Shown here: positions 1 through 10,758 of the stretch, one piece after another | How positions within the stretch are numbered: position 1 is the stretch's first letter | Layout of the letters: every line of letters begins with the position of its first letter | DNA from: Akkermansia muciniphila ATCC BAA-835 | Lineage (GTDB): Bacteria > Verrucomicrobiota > Verrucomicrobiia > Verrucomicrobiales > Akkermansiaceae | Assembly (NCBI RefSeq): GCF_000020225.1 | Contig: NC_010655.1 | Location: 990,001 to 1,022,000 of the forward strand | DNA: 32,000 nucleotides | Reading direction: 5' to 3' | Made by a program: the position numbers and the translations under genes | Notes under the pieces: model-generated | The model's input: only the letters and a program-made list of their open reading frames with translations | The model's database searches: none | What the model was told of the DNA's origin: nothing

Positions 1-1423
<1,423 letters not shown>

Positions 1424-1588
1424 TGGAGCAAGTGCACGGAAGTGCACAGGTCGGATCTCTTCCCGAGGGGAGAGAAAGCGGAACCCGCGAGGGCCCGCAA
1501 CGAACCAAAGATGTGTAAACAGCCAGACGCCTGGAGCGAAACCTGGCACGACGTGCGTGACGACCTTTTTTCACCGAGAACCGCAACT

Positions 1589-1664
1589 GGGGGTATAGCT
1601 CAGTTGGTAGAGCGCCAGCTTTGCAAGCTGGATGTCCGGGGTTCGAGTCCCCGTGCCTCCACCA
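1589..1664 (+). tRNA. tRNA-Ala (anticodon UGC), CCA encoded
   Basis: Hand-folded cloverleaf. Acceptor gggggta/tgcctcc includes the G3:U70 Ala identity pair. Anticodon loop is tt-tgc-aa, T-arm is cgggg-ttcgagt-ccccg, and the 3' end is acca. Confidence 0.97.
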
Positions 1665-1688
1665 GTTTCGGGAAAGAGACCCAAAGCC

Positions 1689-1765
1689 GGGCCTGTAGCT
1701 CAGTTGGTTAGAGCACGCGCTTGATAAGCGCGGGGTCACAGGTTCAAGTCCTGTCAGGCCCACCA
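1689..1765 (+). tRNA. tRNA-Ile (anticodon GAU), CCA encoded
   Basis: Acceptor gggcctg/caggccc, anticodon stem cgcgc/gcgcg with loop tt-gat-aa, T-arm acagg-ttcaagt-cctgt, 3' end acca. Confidence 0.97.
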
Positions 1766-1793
1766 GCAAAATCGATTATTGAGGGAAAGCGAA

Positions 1794-1913
1794 AATTGAC
1801 ATCTGCGTGGCAAAGAAAACGATTGCTGAGAAGCAATCGCTTTCCAACAAAGTGGGTAGTTGAACAACAACTACAAAACACAAGATAAACATGCATACCA
1901 AGCAATGAGACAA
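1794..1913 (+). other. 5' strand of the extended 23S precursor processing helix (RNase III-type stem)
   Basis: aattgacatctgcgtggc (1794-1811) is complementary to gccacgcagatgtcagtt (4882-4899). aacatgca (1888-1895) and caatgagacaa (1903-1913) are complementary to tgcatgtt (4862-4869) and ttgtctcatt (4846-4855). Confidence 0.7.
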
Positions 1914-1973
1914 TACAGTAAGTCACGAAAGGGCTTTGTGGTATTGTGGAAGTGGTAACAGCTTTTGCAATAT

Positions 1974-4809
<2,836 letters not shown>

Positions 4810-4845
4810 ATTACATCACTCCCCGTCGTGAATGACAACTTGCTC

Positions 4846-4899
4846 TTGTCTCATTTACCTGTGCATGTTCATCAACCACCAGCCACGCAGATGTCAGTT
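4846..4899 (+). other. 3' strand of the 23S precursor processing helix, located in the 23S-5S spacer
   Basis: Complementary to 1794-1913 (see that feature). This accounts for much of the unusually long (~238 nt) 23S-5S spacer. Confidence 0.7.
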
Positions 4900-5047
4900 T
4901 ACGCTGAATCCCTTCCCACACAAAGGACGGAAATCTTCTTAGCCGCCACACACATACCCTGAAAAAAATCCCTCACTCAGAAGCCCCCAAAAAAGCAGGG
5001 CTCCCGGGCAGGCAGGATGAAGAAAAAATCACCTCTTCCCCCTGAAG

Positions 5048-5162
5048 CCCGGTGGCCAGAGCGCAGTGGTCCCACCCGGTCCCGTTCCGAACCCGGAAGT
5101 GAAACGCTGCCGCGCCAATGGTAGTCGGACGACAGGTCCCGCAAGAGTAGGTCGCCGCCGGG
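5048..5162 (+). rRNA. rrf: 5S ribosomal RNA
   Basis: Terminal helix cccggtggc / gccgccggg. Conserved ccgaac...gaagtgaaac, gtagt and agagtagg blocks align by eye to E. coli 5S. Confidence 0.93.
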
Positions 5163-5174
5163 ATTTTTTTCCAT

Positions 5175-5218
5175 CAGGCCCCGCCAGTCACTTGACTCGC
5201 GGGGCCTGTTCTTTTCTT
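5175..5218 (+). terminator. rRNA operon intrinsic terminator
   Basis: Perfect 10-bp GC-rich stem caggccccgc (5175-5184) / gcggggcctg (5199-5208). The loop can pair further (agtca/tgact). It is followed by ttcttttctt. Confidence 0.75.
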
Positions 5219-5322
5219 GCTCGGTCCCGTTCTTCTCCCCCTACATTCTTTATGTGATCTGTTGCTATCCTCCTCGAACGTTCAGGAGTTATCCGTAGGA
5301 AGCTATACTTCATGAGGCTGCC

Positions 5323-5421
5323 ATGTCTGCGTATTTGGTCCCGGAACCGGCGACGGCTTCCCGGAGCCTGCTGGGTGTGGCGGGACTGGCCATGCGGAGG
5401 CGCAGAAGGCAGGAAGCCTGA
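5323..5421 (+). pseudogene. Orphan PEP-CTERM sorting-signal mini-ORF (32 codons). Probably the 3' relic of a truncated PEP-CTERM protein gene, possibly a free-standing mini-protein.
   Basis: My own translation, too short for the ORF track: MSAYLVPEPATASRSLLGVAGLAMRRRRRQEA*. It has a VPEP motif, a ~15-aa mostly hydrophobic span and an RRRRR cluster. An in-frame TAG at 5296-5298 rules out a longer N-terminal body. Confidence 0.4.
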
Positions 5422-5492
5422 TAGAGGCGGGAAAGGGAAGCAAAAAACTGCCCATGCGCCTTTGCGTCATTATTTTCAGAAAATTGTTTGAA

Positions 5493-5531
5493 GAAACCCG
5501 GGAGAAAATGATTCTTCCGGGTTTTCTTTTT
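5493..5531 (+). terminator. Intrinsic terminator downstream of the PEP-CTERM mini-ORF
   Basis: Stem gaaacccgggagaa (5493-5506) / ttcttccgggttttc (5512-5526) with one G:U pair, followed by ttttt. Confidence 0.6.
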
Positions 5532-5680
5532 CCTAATGATTCCTCGGAAAACTTTGAATGGGGTTTTAAGACTGCTGGTCTTTTCCTACATCTCCCTGTT
5601 CATGCTCCTATGGGTAATAGTTGACGGTTGAAAAAGAAAATTCCGGCAGCTATAGTCGTCCCTAGGTAAAGGCAATTCAA

Positions 5681-7237
5681 ATGATTCGTTTTCTATCCTT
5701 TTTATTTTTCCTGTGCTTTTTTTCCGTGTGTTCTGCAAAAGAATTGAAGATTTTTTTGCTGACGGGCCAATCCAATTCGCTGGGGGCGGTGAAGGGCAGC
5801 CCTGCTTCTCCGGAGCTGTTAAAAAAGTATGAACCGAAGGAGACTCTGTACTGGCATGAAAATTTTGGGCAAAGGGAAGGCGTGTTTCCCGGCGCTTCCA
5901 CATCCTGGGAGCAGGTAAGGCCTGCTATGCCGCGTTATAACGGCAATTTATGCATGGGGCCGGAATACGGATTTGCCTTTACTCTGGAGAAGAATGGATG
6001 GTTCAAGGATGCGGACGTTGCGGTCGTGAAAGCTTCCCGGGACGGCGGCGACAATTCCCATTGGCAGAAAAACGGCCAGGCTTACAGGACGCTGGTGCAG
6101 GCCGTCAAGAATGCCTGTGCGGGTGTGGACAGGTCCAAGTATTCCAAAGTGGAGTTTGCCGGGCTTTTGTATTTGCAGGGGGAAAGCAATGCCGGAACTT
6201 CCGTTCCGGAGAGCGCTTCCCGCTTTCTGGAACTTCTGGGCAATCTGGCGGCAGATCTGAAACCGTACGGGGATACATCTGCACTGGCCGCGCAGAAAGC
6301 CGTCCTTGGAGAAAATGCCAATTGGGCCGGAAAGAATGAATCTGATCCGGAAACGGGTAACCTTACCGGCAGCCTGGAAGGACGCGATACGGAAGTTCAG
6401 GGAAAGACAACCCGCCAGGTGATGAAGGATCTGGCAGAATCCCGTCCATCCCTGGGCTATGCCCCTACCCGAGATCTTCCCAAACTGACCGCAGGAGATC
6501 AAATGGGAGTGCATTACAGCGGCCAGTCTCAGATCAGCATAGGAGCCCGTTTTGCTTATGAAGCCGCCCGGATGGCCGGGAAGGATACCGGCTCCGTGCG
6601 AAGCGGTCGTTACGATCTTCCCCTGGGTTCTCCGGACGCGTGGATGAACCGGAAAATGCCGGGGAAGAACGTATGCGTGTGGAATGTGGCTTCTTCCGTA
6701 AAACCCAGCCTGGTGTCAGGGGTGGTGAAGTTGTTTGGTATCCGTGTGGAGGATCCGGCCGTCAAGACTGTTATCGTCCGGAGCAAGGGAAGTTCCGGAG
6801 ACCGTTTGGTAATCGGGCCGGGAGGTATTCGCCTGGCGGAGGGGAAAAATTTGCAGTTGAGGACGAATGTACAGCTGGCGGGCCGGCAGTCCTGGAATAT
6901 TCCGGGTGGTTCTGCCGTGGAGATTAAGCCCTCGCCGGTTCAGGAAAAAGCCATGCCTGTCCGTTTGTCCGGCCAGGCGGAGGTGCATGTAACCCAAGCG
7001 GAAGGCGGCGGAGAAACGGCGGAAGCGGCCCGCGTCGTATTGGAACAGGTGCTGCCCTCTGCCCTGAAATGTTCCTGGACGTTGTCCGGAAAGGTGGAGA
7101 TGACTTTGAAGGGTATGGAGGGGAAGGCCGTGAATTTGGGCAAAGTCTTCGTCAAGCAGGGCGCTGTGCTGAATCTGAATGGCTCCAGACCTGTTGCGGG
7201 CAGTGTCGTTAATCAAGGCGGCACGGTGAATCCGTAA
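5681..7237 (+). CDS. Secreted SGNH-type carbohydrate esterase (sialate O-acetylesterase / DUF303-like) with a C-terminal beta-strand-repeat extension
   Basis: Signal peptide MIRFLSFLFFLCFFSVCSA. The esterase blocks LLTGQSNSLG and LYLQGESNAG are characteristic of the GQSN...QGESN sialate O-acetylesterase family. The C-terminal ~190 aa (LVIGPGGIRLAEGKNLQLRTNVQLAG..., GAVLNLNG...) resemble verrucomicrobial autotransporter-associated beta-strand repeats. Confidence 0.8.
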   Translation: MIRFLSFLFFLCFFSVCSAKELKIFLLTGQSNSLGAVKGSPASPELLKKYEPKETLYWHENFGQREGVFPGASTSWEQVRPAMPRYNGNLCMGPEYGFAFTLEKNGWFKDADVAVVKASRDGGDNSHWQKNGQAYRTLVQAVKNACAGVDRSKYSKVEFAGLLYLQGESNAGTSVPESASRFLELLGNLAADLKPYGDTSALAAQKAVLGENANWAGKNESDPETGNLTGSLEGRDTEVQGKTTRQVMKDLAESRPSLGYAPTRDLPKLTAGDQMGVHYSGQSQISIGARFAYEAARMAGKDTGSVRSGRYDLPLGSPDAWMNRKMPGKNVCVWNVASSVKPSLVSGVVKLFGIRVEDPAVKTVIVRSKGSSGDRLVIGPGGIRLAEGKNLQLRTNVQLAGRQSWNIPGGSAVEIKPSPVQEKAMPVRLSGQAEVHVTQAEGGGETAEAARVVLEQVLPSALKCSWTLSGKVEMTLKGMEGKAVNLGKVFVKQGAVLNLNGSRPVAGSVVNQGGTVNP

Positions 7238-7250
7238 TCAATAGACCTGG

Positions 7251-7279
7251 TACGGTCCGGAATGCTTGCCGTATTTTTT
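7251..7279 (+). terminator. Intrinsic terminator of the esterase gene. A second hairpin follows at 7285-7318.
   Basis: tacggt (7251-7256) / gccgta (7268-7273) followed by tttttt. The next hairpin is ggagg-tt-aaaaaa tacg tttttt-cctcc. Confidence 0.55.
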
Positions 7280-7515
7280 AGTGGAGGGAGGAGGTTAAAA
7301 AATACGTTTTTTCCTCCCGGAAGGACCATAGGCTTTTTTCTTATTCACAGGAGCGGAGCGGTCTGGAAACCGAACAGGGGCATGACCTGCGGCATTTTTA
7401 CCCCGGTTTATTCACAGGAAGTTCTGCTTGGGAAGCATTGATCATCAAGTCTACTGTACTATATTTGGCGTACTTTTTCCTTTATGGATGCGTTATGTAG
7501 TAGTATGGTCGCGCC

Positions 7516-8007
7516 ATGAGATGCGTTCAGTGCGGTCATTTGGAAGATAAGGTCATCGACTCCCGTATGTCCAAAGACGGGACGACCATTCGCCGCCGCC
7601 GCGTGTGTTTGAGGTGCGATTACCGTTATACGACCTATGAGCAGATTGAACGCACGGAGTTGCGCGTAGTCAAAAGGGATAATCTGAGAGAAGCCCTGAA
7701 TCGTGAAAAGATTTTACGCGGCCTGGTAAAGGCGTGTGAAAAAAGGCCCGTCAGCATGGATCGCCTGGACCGCGCCGTGGAAGAGATCATTTCCGAATTG
7801 CACCGCGACCATTTGCGCGAAGTCCCTTCCAGCGAGATTGGCAAGAAGGTGATTGAAAAATTGTATGCCATAGATCCCGTGGCTTATATCCGCTATGTGT
7901 CCGTGTACCGCCAGTTTTCCAATGTGGAGGAGTTTATCCAGGAGATTACGCAGATGCGCCACCAGACGCTTATTGATCCCCTGCAGCGCAAGCTTCCCAT
8001 TCTTTAA
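7516..8007 (+). CDS. nrdR: Transcriptional repressor NrdR (zinc ribbon + ATP-cone)
   Basis: MRCVQCGHLEDKVIDSR...RRRRVCLRCDYRYTTYE is the four-Cys zinc ribbon. It is followed by ATP-cone sequence (VVKRDNLREALNREKILRGLVKACEKRPVS). Confidence 0.95.
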   Translation: MRCVQCGHLEDKVIDSRMSKDGTTIRRRRVCLRCDYRYTTYEQIERTELRVVKRDNLREALNREKILRGLVKACEKRPVSMDRLDRAVEEIISELHRDHLREVPSSEIGKKVIEKLYAIDPVAYIRYVSVYRQFSNVEEFIQEITQMRHQTLIDPLQRKLPIL

Positions 8008-8019
8008 ATTTCCTGTTCC

Positions 8020-8547
8020 ATGATCGGCTTCCGAAACAACAGACCGTTGCTCAAGCTTGGTGATTGCCTGATTACCGAGTACGGGGAACAATGGCTGGCG
8101 GATGCTTTGGAGCACGCTGCCCGGCGTGCCGGAACAACCCTTCCGTTCAAGGAAGACCTGCTGGCTTCCGTGCGTTATTATCTGGAGCATGAGTGCGATT
8201 TGTCCGTCATGAAGGTGTCCGAGCTGTATGCGCGTCTGCGCCGCATGCTCACGGAAGTGGGCCTGGAACACCTTGCAAAGGAGCTTAGGGAGGAGATGCC
8301 GCCCATGACGGTCTGCGTCGCGGAGATTGCCCGCAGCGTGCCGTTCTGGCTGTTTTTTGCCTGCGAACTGAAAAAGCAGGTGGAGGAATTGCGGGGGCAT
8401 GGCATTACCAGGTATTGCTTCACAGGCAGGAAGGAATGCGTGATGGCTCTCCGGGGAAGGAAGCGCTGGGACCGTTCCTGCCAGTCTCTGCTGGAAGACC
8501 TGGACTTTCTTCTTTCCCGCTATGAGGAGCAGGCGGCGGATTATTAA
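8020..8547 (+). CDS. Hypothetical cytoplasmic protein (175 aa), apparently co-transcribed with nrdR
   Basis: ATG lies 12 nt after the nrdR stop. The ORF has normal composition and no TM segment or signal peptide. I recognise no family signature. Confidence 0.7.
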   Translation: MIGFRNNRPLLKLGDCLITEYGEQWLADALEHAARRAGTTLPFKEDLLASVRYYLEHECDLSVMKVSELYARLRRMLTEVGLEHLAKELREEMPPMTVCVAEIARSVPFWLFFACELKKQVEELRGHGITRYCFTGRKECVMALRGRKRWDRSCQSLLEDLDFLLSRYEEQAADY

Positions 8548-8942
8548 CGGGACTTATCCGTGCCGTATTGGAGTATTCAGCTGCGCAATTCAACAGGTTC
8601 CGCTTTCCCGACTGACGGAGCCGGTTCGGAGTGCGGCGCGTTTCTGCTTTTCGTGAGCATGCGAGGCTATTTCACTTTACCGGGAACGGGCTTGCGGGGC
8701 CCGTTGATCCATGCTCGGGCATCCTGTTTTGCCGGAAGGCCCAATAAGAGTTAACAGGCTGTATTGTGCCGCCTGATTCCCGGAGATGAGCCGGATGAGG
8801 GAATGCAAGGGGCCTTCCCTCATTTTCCCCGAGGTTGTTATTTCTGGCTGTTTGCAGCAGGAGAAGCCTCACCCGTACCGGAAGGCCGTGAATAAGGCAG
8901 AGTGAGGTCTTGCTCCCTGACCGCACGGGGGGACGGCCGCCG

Positions 8943-10622
8943 TTACAGGTGTTTGGGCGCAGGGCCGTTGATGATTTTGCAGGCCCGGTTCAGGGCGGCG
9001 TCAATATTCTCGCAGATATTGTAGCGTTTCAGCTCCCGGTAAAAGGGCGCGTGGCGGATGACGTCCAGAGGCTGGGGCTGCACGCCGCAAACCAGCAGGG
9101 TGGAACCGTGTTCCCGGCACTGGTGGCAGAAGTCGGAAAGGACGTTCAGGCCGGTGGCGTCCAGCGCGGGAACCAGGCGCATGCGCAGGATAACCACCTT
9201 GGTATCATGTTCCAGCGTTTCCAGCACCTGGTCCTTGAATTGCTCCACGGCACCGAAGAAGAAGGGACCTTTCACGTCGAAAACTTCCACACCTTCCGGG
9301 ATGTCCAGCTTGGCGGCAGAGCGGTTTCCATCATCTTCCTCATCATTTTCCAGCAGTTCGTTTTTGATGGCGGAAACATCGCTGATTTGGGCCATGCGGC
9401 CCATGAAGAGCAGGGCGGCCAGCACCACGCCTACTTCCACGGCTACAACGAGGTCCACAAACACGGTCAGCAGGAAGGTGATTACCAGCACCGCCGCATC
9501 CTGCCTGGGCCCTTTCAGCAGACGGCTGAACGTGTGTATTTCACTCATGTTGTAGCACACTACCGTCAGAATGCCCGCCAGGACAGCCAGGGGAATCTGC
9601 TGGGCATAGTGGGCAAAGGCCATCAGAATGGCTAGCAGGGTCAGGGCGTGAATCATGCCGGAAACCGGGCTTTTAGCTCCAGCCTTGATGTTAGTGGCGG
9701 TGCGGGCAATGGCTCCGGTGGCCGGAATGCCGCCAAACAGGGCGGAGCCGATGTTGCCGATGCCTTGTGCAATCAGCTCCATGTTGGGCTTGTGGCGCCC
9801 TCCGGTCATGCCGTCCGCCACGGAGGCGCTTAACAGGGATTCGATCGCCGCCAGCAGCGCGATGGTGAAAGCAGGGGCCGTCAGCGCCCCCAGGGTACTC
9901 CAGTCAATGCTGGGCAGGGAGGGCAGGGGGAGTGTATTCGGGAGGCTGCCGAAGGCTTGCCCGATGGTTGTCACAGGCAACGAAAACGCCACGGAAACGG
10001 CCGTCATGCCCAGCATGCCCACTAGCATGGCCGGTATTCTGGGCCAGAAGCGGCGGCTCAGCAGGGTAATGATTACGGTGCCGGCGGCCAGCCCCAGCGC
10101 CGCCCAGTTGATGGTGTGGAAGTAATGGAAGTAACACGCCCATTTTTCAATGAACTCTCCGGGAATTTTTTCCGTGATGGTGAGGCCGAAGATGTCTTTA
10201 ATTTGCGTGGAAAAGATTACCACGGCGATGCCGGAGGTGAACCCTGTGGTGACAGGGAATGGAATAAAGCGGATGAGCGCCCCCATGCGGCAGAACCCAA
10301 AGATGATGAGGAAGAGGCCCGCCATCAATGTGCAGACCAGCAGACCGGATGCGTGGTATTGCTCCAGGACGCCCATGATAATGATCACGAAGGCTCCGGT
10401 GGGGCCGCCTATTTGATATTTGCTTCCGCTGAACAGGGAGATGAGGAACCCGGCCACAATGGCGGTGATGAGGCCCTGGGTTGGGGAGAGTCCGCATGCG
10501 ATGGCAAAGGCCATGGCCAGCGGAATGGCTACTACACCGACGGTCAGTCCCGCAAAAAGGTCCGCCAGAAAGGTTTGTTTGGTATAAGTTTTGAGAGAGG
10601 AAAGAAGAGCAGGTTTGAACAT
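8943..10622 (-). CDS. SulP/SLC26-family anion permease with C-terminal STAS domain
   Basis: N-terminal FLADLFAGLTVGVVAIPLAMAFAIA SulP signature and multiple TM segments. The C-terminal segment VVILRMRLVPALDATGLNVLSDF... is STAS-like. Confidence 0.93.
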   Translation of the reverse strand: MFKPALLSSLKTYTKQTFLADLFAGLTVGVVAIPLAMAFAIACGLSPTQGLITAIVAGFLISLFSGSKYQIGGPTGAFVIIIMGVLEQYHASGLLVCTLMAGLFLIIFGFCRMGALIRFIPFPVTTGFTSGIAVVIFSTQIKDIFGLTITEKIPGEFIEKWACYFHYFHTINWAALGLAAGTVIITLLSRRFWPRIPAMLVGMLGMTAVSVAFSLPVTTIGQAFGSLPNTLPLPSLPSIDWSTLGALTAPAFTIALLAAIESLLSASVADGMTGGRHKPNMELIAQGIGNIGSALFGGIPATGAIARTATNIKAGAKSPVSGMIHALTLLAILMAFAHYAQQIPLAVLAGILTVVCYNMSEIHTFSRLLKGPRQDAAVLVITFLLTVFVDLVVAVEVGVVLAALLFMGRMAQISDVSAIKNELLENDEEDDGNRSAAKLDIPEGVEVFDVKGPFFFGAVEQFKDQVLETLEHDTKVVILRMRLVPALDATGLNVLSDFCHQCREHGSTLLVCGVQPQPLDVIRHAPFYRELKRYNICENIDAALNRACKIINGPAPKHL

Positions 10623-10758
10623 GGCTGCCGGGATGGTTGGCCGGCTGCGGTGGAGGCCGCCGCCGGCGGGGTTGAAGCGTCCCCTTCCTGCACCCGGAGG
10701 CGCCCCGCGGAGACGGACGGCAGGCTCTCTTCGTTCCCGTCCGCCTCCGCAGGCGGCG

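Noticed and set aside
1428-1447. Short tandem aagtgcac...aagtgcac repeat (period 10) just after the 16S 3' end.
   Set aside because: It is only 8 nt long, within a processed spacer, and gtgcac is itself palindromic. It is most likely part of spacer secondary structure rather than a separate element.
4810-5047. The unusually long (~238 nt) 23S-5S spacer looked like a possible inserted element or extra ncRNA.
   Set aside because: Its first ~90 nt are exactly complementary to the sequence upstream of 23S (1794-1913), i.e. the 3' strand of the 23S processing helix. The a-rich tract near 5026-5034 pairs with the t-run after 5S. This is ordinary precursor architecture.
7456-7471. Possible NrdR box (gtactatatttggcgt) upstream of nrdR itself, which would suggest autoregulation.
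   Set aside because: By eye it matches only ~11 of 16 positions of the acaCwAtATaTwGtgt consensus, and there is no second box at the usual ~31-32 bp spacing. That is too weak to call without a PWM scan.
10623-10758. GC-rich imperfect hairpin (ggagacggacgg ... ccgtccgcctcc) between the argH stop and the sulP start, a possible attenuator or terminator.
   Set aside because: It has one mismatch and no U-tract on the transcribed (minus) strand. I cannot distinguish it from generic GC-rich structure, and argH and sulP may simply be co-transcribed.
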